A DNA stretch of 37,152 bases from Chitinophagales bacterium (GCA_038328415.1 JBBQMA010000001.1:1-37152), one strand, 5' to 3'; shown: positions 26,547-35,972, counted from the first letter of the stretch. Numbers and translations: made by a program. Notes: generated by a model from the sequence alone, not told the origin.

Positions 26547-28387
26547 AAAGCGAAGAAGCCGGGATCTACTGGTTTGTCGTGGGGATAGTCATTCTATCTT
26601 CTTTAGTCCTTATTGCCAAAGTGGGCTATATCCAGCTCTTTGATGATACGATTAAAGATCGCAGCCGAGCTTATGCCATTGAAAAACAATTAATCTATCC
26701 TTCCCGTGGGCTCATTTTCGACAGAGAAGGTCGTCTCTTAGTGCATAATGAAGGAAGTTATGACCTAATGGTTACTTACAGCCAGCTCGATCCGGAGATG
26801 GATACACTTTTGCTCTGCCAGCTTTTAGGCATTGATCAAAAGACGTTTGAAGCGCAGATCCAAAAGGACTGGACCGATAATAGGTTCTCCCGACATGTCC
26901 CATTTATGTTTTTAAATAAGGTCAGCCCTCAGGTTTTTGCCCGAACTAAAGAGGTGCTCTTTGAGTTCCCCGGATTCTATTTTCAAAGCAGAAATGTTCG
27001 ATCCTATCCCTTTCCTCATGGCGCTCATTTGTTGGGGTACCTGGGAGAAGTAAGTCTTGAACAGGTCGAAAAATCAGAAGGATCTTACTTGGCTGGTGAC
27101 TATATTGGGATGGCAGGATTGGAAAAATCATTCGAACAACCATTGCGAGGTGTTCATGGTGCCCGTTATTTGCTTAAGGATAACCTTGGTCGTGTAGTGG
27201 GTCCCTGGTTGGATGGCAGTCGGGATATCGAACCCATTTCCGGAATGGATATAAAGTCAACTATAGATATTGAATTGACCAAATATGCTGAAACCCTTTT
27301 AAAAAACAAAAGGGGATCTGTTGTTGCTATCGAGCCCGCCACTGGAGAAATTCTGGCTATTGTTTCCTCACCAAACTATGATCCCAATTTACTTTCTATC
27401 TCCAATGAGCGGAGTAAGGCATTTCAGGCCTTACAAAGGGACACACTAAAGCCCTTTTTTGACCGAAGCATTATGGCTAGGTATCCCCCTGGTTCTATTT
27501 TTAAATCGATCGTTTCACTCATCGCATTGCAGGAGGGGGTTTCCTATGCCAATCGAACCATACCTTGTTCTGGAGCATATTACTATAATGAAGAGTCATG
27601 GGGCTGTCATAATCACTATAAATGCACCAATGTGCAATCAGCTCTTACGGTCAGTTGCAATACTTATTTTTTTACACTGATACGAGACATTCTGGACAAA
27701 TATGGCGCTAAAAATGTCAAGCAGGGATTAGACCTTTTTAATTTTTATTTGGATGCTTTTGGGTTGGGAAGACCGTTGGGTATTGAGATGCCTAATGAAA
27801 AAGGGGGGTTCATTCCCACCCCGGCGTACTATGATAACTTGTATAAAAACCGAAAATGGTATTCTCCCACGATCATGAATATTGGCATTGGCCAGGGGGA
27901 AATCCAACTCACAACATTGCAAATGGCACAATTGGCCACCATTATTGCCAACAGGGGTCAGTATTACACGCCGCACCTTGTAAAAGCTTACATACAAGGA
28001 AATGGATTGTTAGACACTGCATATGCCACATTGAAACGGGTGCCTATCGATCCCAAACATTTCCTTCCGGTTATAGAGGGGCTGGAGCAGGTGATGCAGT
28101 ATGGTACAGCAAGTTCTTCTTTTATACCAGGAATTTCATTTTGTGGAAAAACCGGGACATCAGAGAACCCTCATGGTAAGGATCATAGCGTTTTTTTTGG
28201 ATTTGCGCCCAAAAACAATCCCAAAATTGCTATCGCGGTTTATATTGAAAATGCAGGGTTCGGAGGTGATTTTGCTGCACCCATAGGCAGTTTAATCATA
28301 GAGAAATTTATAAATGGCGAGATCATGCCTATGCGCCTTTATCTTGAAGAAAAAATGATTAACAGTAACATTAATGCCATGCCCTGA
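26543..28387 (+). CDS. mrdA: Penicillin-binding protein 2 (elongasome transpeptidase)
   Basis: It has an N-terminal TM anchor and the transpeptidase motifs SxxK (PGSIFKS), SxN (SCNTYF) and KTGT (GKTGTSE). Operon context is with mreBCD. Confidence 0.9.
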   Translation: MKSEEAGIYWFVVGIVILSSLVLIAKVGYIQLFDDTIKDRSRAYAIEKQLIYPSRGLIFDREGRLLVHNEGSYDLMVTYSQLDPEMDTLLLCQLLGIDQKTFEAQIQKDWTDNRFSRHVPFMFLNKVSPQVFARTKEVLFEFPGFYFQSRNVRSYPFPHGAHLLGYLGEVSLEQVEKSEGSYLAGDYIGMAGLEKSFEQPLRGVHGARYLLKDNLGRVVGPWLDGSRDIEPISGMDIKSTIDIELTKYAETLLKNKRGSVVAIEPATGEILAIVSSPNYDPNLLSISNERSKAFQALQRDTLKPFFDRSIMARYPPGSIFKSIVSLIALQEGVSYANRTIPCSGAYYYNEESWGCHNHYKCTNVQSALTVSCNTYFFTLIRDILDKYGAKNVKQGLDLFNFYLDAFGLGRPLGIEMPNEKGGFIPTPAYYDNLYKNRKWYSPTIMNIGIGQGEIQLTTLQMAQLATIIANRGQYYTPHLVKAYIQGNGLLDTAYATLKRVPIDPKHFLPVIEGLEQVMQYGTASSSFIPGISFCGKTGTSENPHGKDHSVFFGFAPKNNPKIAIAVYIENAGFGGDFAAPIGSLIIEKFINGEIMPMRLYLEEKMINSNINAMP

Positions 28388-28454
28388 GGCGGTAATTATG
28401 CCTTGACACCATCGGAAGGTGAAGAAAACATATCCATCCCTATCTTTGGTGTGC

Positions 28455-29210
28455 ATGATTTACCAGAAACTACTTACAGACGCTCGATTTGGAGAGAAAA
28501 AATTAGCCTTGCTCGTGGACCCGGACAAGCAGCATTCTATTAGCTTATCTGAGCTCGGCCTTTTGGCAGCACAATCCGGCGTTGATTTTATTTTACTGGG
28601 AGGTAGTCTATTGATGAAGGACCAACTTGATGATTGTATCCAGCAACTAAAAACCCAAAGCCAGTTGTCCGTTTTACTTTTCCCTGGCTCCACATGGCAA
28701 ATCAGTCCAATGGCAGACGCGCTTTTATTTCTGAGTCTCATTTCTGGCCGAAACCCGGAACTACTAATAGGTCAGCAGGTTTTGGCGGCCCCTCTGTTGA
28801 AAGACCTTCAGCTAGAAGTCTTGTCTACTGGTTACATGTTGGTCGATGGTGGCAGTGCAACATCCGCATCCTATATGAGCCAGACGATGCCTATTCCAGC
28901 AAATAAGCCTGAAATAGCTGTTGCTACAGCACTGGCAGGAAAGTTTTTAGGTATGCAAATGTTTTATCTGGATGCGGGTTCGGGAGCCGGGCATCCTGTA
29001 CCATTTGAGATGATCAGCGCTGTTCGAAAGGCAACGGAATCTCCTTTATTTGTAGGAGGAGGTATCCGTACCCCTGACCAAGCTGCCCAGGCTGCCTTGG
29101 CTGGCGCTGATATTGTGGTGGTTGGGACGGCAGTGGAGCATGATCCGACAATATTACAGGCACTGTGCCAGGCAGTCCACAGTGCTAATCATATTGCTGA
29201 ATTGTTGTGA
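28455..29210 (+). CDS. Geranylgeranylglyceryl phosphate synthase family prenyltransferase (GGGPS/PcrB)
   Basis: It has TIM-barrel GGGPS/PcrB blocks: LALLVDPDK, ILLGGS, FYLDAGSGAG and LFVGGGIRT. The track start at 28419 is GTG. The ATG at 28455 (MIYQKLL) is more likely. Confidence 0.8.
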   Translation: MIYQKLLTDARFGEKKLALLVDPDKQHSISLSELGLLAAQSGVDFILLGGSLLMKDQLDDCIQQLKTQSQLSVLLFPGSTWQISPMADALLFLSLISGRNPELLIGQQVLAAPLLKDLQLEVLSTGYMLVDGGSATSASYMSQTMPIPANKPEIAVATALAGKFLGMQMFYLDAGSGAGHPVPFEMISAVRKATESPLFVGGGIRTPDQAAQAALAGADIVVVGTAVEHDPTILQALCQAVHSANHIAELL

Positions 29211-30154
29211 TGGAAAAGGGCACTGTCATTAAATCTACCGGAAGCTGGTATCAGGTCAGGCTTGAGGATGGCTTTGTACTTCCATGTCGGATTACCGGAA
29301 AACACAGGTTGGGCAAAGACCGTCTCACCAATCCGGTAGGGGTAGGCGATGAAGTGCGCATTGTGAGAGAAGGCGATGGGAGCGGAATGATAAAGGAGAT
29401 AATGCCTCGCCGCAATTATGTTGTTAGGCAAAGCCCCAGGCAGAAACACCAGGTACATTTCCTGGCTACAAATATTGACCAGGCTTTGTTGGTGACGACA
29501 ATTATAGAGCCTAACTTAAAACAAGGTTTTATAGACCGATTCCTCCTGATGACTGAACCCTATGGCATAACCACTTTAATATTATTGAACAAATGTGATT
29601 TGTATGGGGAGGAGGAGTGGGAGCTGGTTGACGCTTTAAAAGGACTTTATGAACCTCTGGGATATGAAGTCATTGCATGCTCTGCTACAACAGGTGAGAA
29701 TCTGCAGGACATCAGGGATCGCCTGAAAGATAATCGCAGCCTGATAAGTGGTCAAAGTGGCGTAGGCAAATCCACCCTCATTAATGCCCTTGAACCCGAA
29801 CTCGATATCCGCACTACAGAATTGTCGGATTATAGTGGCAAAGGTCAGCACACTACGACATTTGCCGAAATGCACCTTCTTCCTTTTGGAGGAGAGATTA
29901 TTGATACGCCAGGCATAAAATTGCTGTCGTTTAACCACCTGACCGTACAGGATGTCATCCATAACTTTCGGGAAATTTTTCAGTATAGTTCTACTTGCAG
30001 ATTTGGAAATTGCACACATCGTAATGAGCCTGGTTGCGCTGTAAAAAAGGCTGTAGAAAATGGAGAAATAAGCCAACTCCGGTATATGAATTACCTGCAA
30101 ATACTGGATGAAATAGAAAATCAGAAATACTGGGAACTGCGGGAGGATGTGTAG
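29210..30154 (+). CDS. rsgA: Ribosome small-subunit-dependent GTPase A
   Basis: It shows circularly permuted GTPase order (LLNKCDL before GQSGVGKSTLINAL) and the C-terminal zinc knuckle CRFGNCTHRNEPGC. The ATG at 29210 overlaps the GGGPS stop (TGATG). The track start at 29207 is GTG. Confidence 0.9.
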   Translation: MEKGTVIKSTGSWYQVRLEDGFVLPCRITGKHRLGKDRLTNPVGVGDEVRIVREGDGSGMIKEIMPRRNYVVRQSPRQKHQVHFLATNIDQALLVTTIIEPNLKQGFIDRFLLMTEPYGITTLILLNKCDLYGEEEWELVDALKGLYEPLGYEVIACSATTGENLQDIRDRLKDNRSLISGQSGVGKSTLINALEPELDIRTTELSDYSGKGQHTTTFAEMHLLPFGGEIIDTPGIKLLSFNHLTVQDVIHNFREIFQYSSTCRFGNCTHRNEPGCAVKKAVENGEISQLRYMNYLQILDEIENQKYWELREDV

Positions 30155-30206
30155 ACCCGGATAATGAAATATTGTTTTTGCAAATCAGATTTTCGATTGT
30201 CAGGAC

Positions 30207-30941
30207 CTAGCCGTATAGCTCGTAACTCACCTGTTCTTTTGCGTACCCAGACTGAATGATTAGATTGGCAACAGCATCATCGATCATATTGGTCCACCCA
30301 CATAACATGAATCGACGATCTAAAGCGGGCGTTGAGAAATGGTTCATATATACATTATGGACATAACCCTTAGAAATCCATGATTCAGTTGGTTCATTGT
30401 CAATGCGGGACAATGCTGCCGAATAATTAAAGTTCGGATGTCTTGTTGCCAAGGCTAAAAACTCATCGGCATAAAGTAAATCTTCTTTAGACCGGCTGCC
30501 ATAAATCAAATGAATTTTCCGTTTGGTCCAACCAATTTGTTCCAGATCAAGCAGCATGCTCCGAAACGGGGCTATCCCAGTACCCGTACAAACCATAACC
30601 AGATCCTGGAGCAAGGGATCTGGTAAAACAAATGTGCCTTCGGGACCTTTAAACCGCAATGTATCGCCTACCTGCAATACCTCGAACAGGTATGATGAGG
30701 CTAGTCCGCCGGGCATATGGACGATACATAATTCAAACTCCTCCTTTCCCGGAGCGCTGGAGATGGAATAACTGCGCCAGCGCTCCAGGCGCTTCGCGCC
30801 AATTGGAAGGTCAAGCGTTATGAATTGACCAGCACGAAAATCAAAAACAGTTTGATTGGGGAGCACTAACCAAATACGTCGAACACGTGAAGTTGCATTT
30901 TCTATGCGTGTAACTTTAGCGTCAAACCAAATAGCGGGCAT
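30207..30941 (-). CDS. FNR-like FAD/NAD(P)H oxidoreductase (no Fe-S domain)
   Basis: The FAD-binding motif is RSYSISS (RxYS) with GGLASSYLF. The NAD(P)-binding motif is MVCTGTGIAPFRSM. It starts 4 nt downstream of the GHMP kinase gene. Confidence 0.8.
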   Translation of the reverse strand: MPAIWFDAKVTRIENATSRVRRIWLVLPNQTVFDFRAGQFITLDLPIGAKRLERWRSYSISSAPGKEEFELCIVHMPGGLASSYLFEVLQVGDTLRFKGPEGTFVLPDPLLQDLVMVCTGTGIAPFRSMLLDLEQIGWTKRKIHLIYGSRSKEDLLYADEFLALATRHPNFNYSAALSRIDNEPTESWISKGYVHNVYMNHFSTPALDRRFMLCGWTNMIDDAVANLIIQSGYAKEQVSYELYG

Positions 30942-30945
30942 AATA

Positions 30946-31869
30946 TTATCCTTCGAGTACCAAATCCGACCAGGAAAAAATAGTCGTAAATCCCTGGCTT
31001 GTCAACCTCTTTTTCATTTCAATGGGATCTTCTTGACTGGCGGCCATAAAAAAATCGCCTCCCCATGCGCCAAGTGGCTTTATTAAACCCGGAAATGCGG
31101 GAGCCCAAGGATTGGGATCCAGGTTCAATAACTTTCCAATCTGCTGATTATGTTCACTTAACAATCGGATAAATGTATCCATGTCAGGTGCATCTTCAAT
31201 CTGCTGGGTTAAAGTTGAAATAGCTTGAATATCCGATGCAGAAACCTTTTTTAAGGAATTGGAATGGGAATGGATGGACGCTCTGGAATTTTGTTTCCTT
31301 CCCGACCAAACTAAAAGGAGGTGTTCCTTGAAAGACCAATTTAATGTTACTGGAGTAATCCTGATTTCTTCATCGGTACTCTGGAAAACAATTGGCCCCT
31401 TTGATGTGGCACAGGCGAGGTCATAACCAGAACCGCCAAAAGTCTGTTCAAGCAATGTAAAGGGCTCTGCTTCGCCCCATTCTGCCATTGCATGGACCAA
31501 AGTAGAACTGGCTCCTAACCCCCATTCGGGATTAAATTCAAGTCGGCTTTCGATACTTTGGCCCTTCCAATCGGCAAGAAAATCAGGATTCTGACGTGTA
31601 ATTGCCGTTAAAATCTTTGTAATGCCGGCTGCTATTTCAGGATCAGTAGATTCCTGAGCACTAAAGTCCAATAACGAAAAGACCCCCTTAAACCACTCAC
31701 TGCCATCTGGCCGCAGACTTTTCCAGTGCAGATCAGCTCCACGCATTTTTTTGACATGGACATGTTGCCCTAAACGCAAGGGGACAGCTAAAGCTTCGGC
31801 TCCTCGTAAAACAAGGTACTCACCCGTAATAAGCAGTTTTCCGTGACCGTAGAAGGAAGTTTGGGACAA
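30946..31869 (-). CDS. GYDIA-type GHMP kinase (putative mevalonate-pathway kinase)
   Basis: The N-terminus is GKLLITGEYLVLRGAEALAVP, a GHMP-like motif is GLGASSTLV, and the family-name motif is present as GSGYDLACA. The family description (Bacteroidota, mevalonate context) is recalled from memory. Confidence 0.7.
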   Translation of the reverse strand: MSQTSFYGHGKLLITGEYLVLRGAEALAVPLRLGQHVHVKKMRGADLHWKSLRPDGSEWFKGVFSLLDFSAQESTDPEIAAGITKILTAITRQNPDFLADWKGQSIESRLEFNPEWGLGASSTLVHAMAEWGEAEPFTLLEQTFGGSGYDLACATSKGPIVFQSTDEEIRITPVTLNWSFKEHLLLVWSGRKQNSRASIHSHSNSLKKVSASDIQAISTLTQQIEDAPDMDTFIRLLSEHNQQIGKLLNLDPNPWAPAFPGLIKPLGAWGGDFFMAASQEDPIEMKKRLTSQGFTTIFSWSDLVLEG

Positions 31870-31881
31870 AGGACAGCTTTT

Positions 31882-33240
31882 TTATAATTTCGTCGCTAAG
31901 GTAGTAGCTGCGTGGCGAATGCGCACCAAATAGTCGCGAACACCTTGATAGGTTACTGTTTTATCAGCGAAATGAGCTTTAGTATCTTCTTTTTCCGCCT
32001 CGGAAGCACCAAGTCCCTGCAGGATATTCTTTAGGTGCATTTTCATATGTCCATGCTGGATGCCTGTGGTAATCAGTGATCGCACTGCAGCAAAATTTTG
32101 GGCCAGACCCACAGCTGCTACAATTTGCATTAATTCAGGCGCACCAGGATTTCCAAGCATTTCAAGTGAACGTCGAGCGATGGGGTGCAAAGCAGTCAGG
32201 CCACCTACTGTCCCCAATGCGAGCGGGAGTTCCAACCAAAATCGGAAGGTACCGTTGTCAAGACTGCAATAACTCAAGCTGCGGTATTGACCATCTCTGG
32301 AAGCATAGGTATGCCCGCATGCCTCCACGGCTCTAAAATCGTTGCCGGTAGCAATCACGACAGCATCTACTCCATTGAAAATCCCTTTATTGTGGGTAGT
32401 TGCCCTGTAAGGATCCTGTCGGGCAACACGCACAGCTATCTCGAATTTTTTTGCAAATCCCTGAGGCGTCAAGCCATTAAAACCAGGTCCCAATGATTCA
32501 ATTGGACAAGTCACACTGGCTCTAACCAGACATTGAGGGGTGTAATTAGAAAGGATGGACATGATGATCTGGACCTCCCTTTCTTCAAGTGAAAAAATCG
32601 GATGTGATTCGATGAAGTCAGTTAATGTCTGGGCAAATGATTCCAGTATCGTATTGGTAAAGTTTGCACCCATGGAGTCACAAGTCTGTAGGTCGAGGTC
32701 CAACTGGAAATATCCAGGTTCAATCAGGGGCATTTCCAACAATCGAATGGCTGTAATGCCACCGCCCCGTTGTTCCATATTTGCTGTATGAATAAGTGCA
32801 TTATCCCTCAACAGGACTTCCAACTCAGGAAATACAGTCCGCAATTTATCGGCGGTGCCTTTCCAAATAAAATGCACCTGTCCTTTTTTTATGGTTCCCA
32901 ATACTTCAGTACGAATGCCTCCACGATCCTGCCAAAATTTTGCCGCACTTGAAGCAGCAGCTACAACAGAGCTTTCTTCTGTCACCATTGGAACGCAGTA
33001 GAACCGATCATTTATGCGAAAATTGGGCGAAACGCCAAAGGGAAGTGGAAAATTGCTGATCGTATTCTCACTAAATCCATCTAATATTTTTTGTTGTTCT
33101 TCATTGTGGTGCCAATAGCTGACTAATTCGCGCATCACGGTTTCCGGATCGCGAAAGAAGTGCTCCACAATCCACTTGATTTTGCCCTTTTTAGACAACT
33201 TGGAAAAGCCACTTATTGGTGTTGGTTTAGGTGTACTCAT
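31882..33240 (-). CDS. Class II hydroxymethylglutaryl-CoA reductase
   Basis: Class II motifs are ENTISNFPLPFG (ENxIG-like), TCDSMGANFTN (DAMGxN), LALGTVGG (GTxGG) and the C-terminal catalytic His region IQHGHMKMHLKN. Confidence 0.9.
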   Translation of the reverse strand: MSTPKPTPISGFSKLSKKGKIKWIVEHFFRDPETVMRELVSYWHHNEEQQKILDGFSENTISNFPLPFGVSPNFRINDRFYCVPMVTEESSVVAAASSAAKFWQDRGGIRTEVLGTIKKGQVHFIWKGTADKLRTVFPELEVLLRDNALIHTANMEQRGGGITAIRLLEMPLIEPGYFQLDLDLQTCDSMGANFTNTILESFAQTLTDFIESHPIFSLEEREVQIIMSILSNYTPQCLVRASVTCPIESLGPGFNGLTPQGFAKKFEIAVRVARQDPYRATTHNKGIFNGVDAVVIATGNDFRAVEACGHTYASRDGQYRSLSYCSLDNGTFRFWLELPLALGTVGGLTALHPIARRSLEMLGNPGAPELMQIVAAVGLAQNFAAVRSLITTGIQHGHMKMHLKNILQGLGASEAEKEDTKAHFADKTVTYQGVRDYLVRIRHAATTLATKL

Positions 33241-33251
33241 CCTCTTTCCAC

Positions 33252-34307
33252 TTATTTCACCTTTAAAAAAGCATTTGCCATTTCAAGACCGCGAATCTGT
33301 GCCTGCAAATAGTCATTGAGAGCCTCATCCCCTTCCAACGCATATTGTAAAAGGCCAGATGCCTGGCCATAGATGGCAGGCAATGCTGACTTTTCCATTA
33401 GATAAAAACCATCCAGAAAATCCTTTACACCACCGGAGATTATGATTTGTTGACAGGGCAGTTTGCCTTTGTTTTCCTTTAAAATAGCATTTACCCAACT
33501 CACCATTTCTTCAGCATCATGCCCAATTCGAACTAATGGAGCCCAGTAGTCCTTGTTAATATTATTCCGCCGAAGGTTTTCAAGTAAAGCAAAATTCGTT
33601 CCCCCGGCCGCTCCAAAATCGACAGCTGCAAGTGGCAGGTGCAATAAATGCTTTAAACTATTATAACCCATTCCCTGACCTACTTCCTTGACAATGATAG
33701 GATAAGAAGCAGCATGCAACAATTGTTGCAACGTATGGAGTGGTGCTTTATAGATGCGGTCACCCTCGGGCTGAAACCATTCCTGCATAGGGTTGAGGTG
33801 AACAATCATACCATCAGCACGTAATCGGTGTATCAGATCATCAATTAAGTGCAATGCGCCACTATCTAGCAATTTTTCAATTTGAGCGATACCTAAATTA
33901 GCATAAAGAGGTAGTGAATCACCGATAAGATCGCGCACATCAAAGTCGGCAAAATGCTCATCACTTGTTAATAACGCACGGCAAGAGCCGAGACCCATGC
34001 CCATGCCAAAACGTTGACAAGCCCGTGCCAAGGCAGTATTGATTTGAAACGCCCATTGGGCACCACCAGTCATACTAGAAACCCAGATTGGTGTGCTTAG
34101 CGCTTTTCCGAGAAAAGTGAACGGCTTCAAACTTCCAACTTCCGGATGTCCCGATAGTAAAGGCTCATAATAGAATCGACGGTCTAACTCATCGCTTTCA
34201 GTCCTGGCACGAAAGGCGAGCTCGATATGATCCGATTTACGGGTTTCTGCTTGCCCAGGTGCTTCTGCTGGCACAATAGTATTTTGAGGGTTGCCCTTCT
34301 CATTCAT
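33252..34307 (-). CDS. fni: Type 2 (FMN-dependent) isopentenyl-diphosphate delta-isomerase
   Basis: Motifs are RKSDHIELA, VSSMTGG, IVKEVGQGM and AAGGTNFA, in a TIM-barrel flavoprotein of the IDI-2 family. Confidence 0.9.
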   Translation of the reverse strand: MNEKGNPQNTIVPAEAPGQAETRKSDHIELAFRARTESDELDRRFYYEPLLSGHPEVGSLKPFTFLGKALSTPIWVSSMTGGAQWAFQINTALARACQRFGMGMGLGSCRALLTSDEHFADFDVRDLIGDSLPLYANLGIAQIEKLLDSGALHLIDDLIHRLRADGMIVHLNPMQEWFQPEGDRIYKAPLHTLQQLLHAASYPIIVKEVGQGMGYNSLKHLLHLPLAAVDFGAAGGTNFALLENLRRNNINKDYWAPLVRIGHDAEEMVSWVNAILKENKGKLPCQQIIISGGVKDFLDGFYLMEKSALPAIYGQASGLLQYALEGDEALNDYLQAQIRGLEMANAFLKVK

Positions 34308-34398
34308 AACCCGAAGTTAACATAATCGCACATTAGCCGGTGTATAATGGTTGGTCTAAATAAGACAAACTAACAAAAGGAAACTTCTAAAGGTTGAA

Positions 34399-34406
34399 CA
34401 AACCTA
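34399..34406 (-). promoter_or_regulatory. Candidate -7 box (TAGGTTTG) for the idi2-HMGR operon
   Basis: This is an exact TAnnTTTG match on the minus strand, about 90 nt upstream of the fni ATG. Confidence 0.3.
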
Positions 34407-34472
34407 CCTTGACTTAAAGTCTTTACCTTATTTTTGGACTTGCTCATCTGTTTAGGGCTATCAATCCACTTC

Positions 34473-35972
34473 ATGATTTCTATTGACGACGACCATCTTT
34501 CAACTGCGGATCTGTATTTCACGGTCACTCAGCGAGAACCAATTGCACTTGATCATACTACATGGAAAGACATTCAGACGGGAAGGGAGGCATTGGACAA
34601 ACTAATTGATGAGCCGGGTGCTGTACATTACGGGATCAATACAGGATTTGGCGACTTACATAATATTCGTATTTCAAAAAGTGAACTTCGCGACCTTCAG
34701 CGAAACCTAATTCTCTCCCACGCTTGTGGTTTAGGTGAAGAAGTGCCACCACATATTAATGATCTTATACAACTGCTTAAAATCAGAAATCTTTGCCAAG
34801 GATATTCCGGTGTACAACGTATTACGGTCGAGCGATTGATAACTTTGTATAATGCCGGTGTCCGACCCGTAATTTATCAACAAGGATCATTGGGTGCTTC
34901 CGGCGACCTCGCCCCACTTGCGCACCTTTCACTGGTACTCATCGGTGAGGGAGAGGTTGATTACAAGGGCCATCGAATGAATTCATCCGTGATTCTGAGT
35001 GAACTTGGATTGAAGCCCATCCAGCTTGATGCAAAGGAAGGTTTGGCCTTGTTGAACGGTACCCAGTTCTCTACGGCTTACGGTGTCTGGGCAGTGGAAC
35101 AGGGCCGATCTCTTTTAGCCTGGGCCAATGCTGTTGCCAGTTTATCCTGGGATGCTTTTTTATGCCAATCAGCACCACTTGATGACCGTTTGCATCAGCT
35201 CCGCAAACAAACCGGGCAGATTCATGCTGCATCTTCTCTTCGGTATTGGCTGGATAAATCACCGCTGCAATTACAACCCAGACAGGGCGTTCAGGACCCG
35301 TATGCTTTTCGCTGTGTTCCGCAGGTGCATGGTGCCTCATATGATGCCTGGTCCTATGCCCAACAAATCATCGAAAGGGAAATAAATGCGGTAACCGATA
35401 ACCCGACTATTTTCCCGGCAGAGGGTGATATTCTGAGTGGTGGTAATTTTCACGCACAACCTGTAGCACTGGCACTGGATTTTTTGGCCATTGCTCTGGC
35501 AGAGATTGCAAGTATATCAGAGCGTCGATCCTTCCAACTGCTTAGCGGAAAACGAGGACTGCCAGCATTTTTGGCAAATAATCCAGGTCTTCATTCCGGA
35601 CTTATGATTGCACAATATACGGCTGCCAGTATTGTCAGCCAGAATAAACAATTGTGTACACCAGCATCGATCGACTCTATTGTTTCGTCCAATGGGCAGG
35701 AGGATCACGTAAGTATGGCTGCCAATGCAGCGACTAAACTTTATAAAGTTGTTGAAAATACACGTTCCGTTTTGGCAATAGAATGGCTTTGCGGTGCACA
35801 GGCGTTGGACTTTCGAGCCCCTGCACAGACAAGCCCTGCTTTGCAATCGCTGATAGATGAGTATCGTGCGATCGTGCCTTTTTTATCCGTGGACCGAATA
35901 CTTAGTCAGGATATTAGGTCAACTTGCAGATTTCTTTCAGAAAGGGATAGCTCCATTCTCTGCCATCCTTAG
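34473..35972 (+). CDS. hutH: Histidine ammonia-lyase
   Basis: It has the MIO-forming Ala-Ser-Gly triad (GSLGASGDLAPLAH) and YGINTGFG. The substrate-selectivity switch reads Ser-His (LILSHACG), as in HAL rather than TAL or PAL. The track start at 34434 is TTG. The ATG at 34473 (MISIDDD) is more likely. Confidence 0.9.
   Translation: MISIDDDHLSTADLYFTVTQREPIALDHTTWKDIQTGREALDKLIDEPGAVHYGINTGFGDLHNIRISKSELRDLQRNLILSHACGLGEEVPPHINDLIQLLKIRNLCQGYSGVQRITVERLITLYNAGVRPVIYQQGSLGASGDLAPLAHLSLVLIGEGEVDYKGHRMNSSVILSELGLKPIQLDAKEGLALLNGTQFSTAYGVWAVEQGRSLLAWANAVASLSWDAFLCQSAPLDDRLHQLRKQTGQIHAASSLRYWLDKSPLQLQPRQGVQDPYAFRCVPQVHGASYDAWSYAQQIIEREINAVTDNPTIFPAEGDILSGGNFHAQPVALALDFLAIALAEIASISERRSFQLLSGKRGLPAFLANNPGLHSGLMIAQYTAASIVSQNKQLCTPASIDSIVSSNGQEDHVSMAANAATKLYKVVENTRSVLAIEWLCGAQALDFRAPAQTSPALQSLIDEYRAIVPFLSVDRILSQDIRSTCRFLSERDSSILCHP

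Noticed and set aside
29636-30100. A 154-aa ORF lies antisense to rsgA. Similar long antisense ORFs occur at 5428..5820, 25441..25803, 24244..24561, 4086..4397, 14968..15279 and 32185..32496.
   Set aside because: Each lies wholly inside a gene whose opposite-strand product carries unmistakable family motifs. The antisense translations are low-complexity, Cys/Ser/Arg-rich and have no recognisable motifs. I treat them as non-coding shadows.
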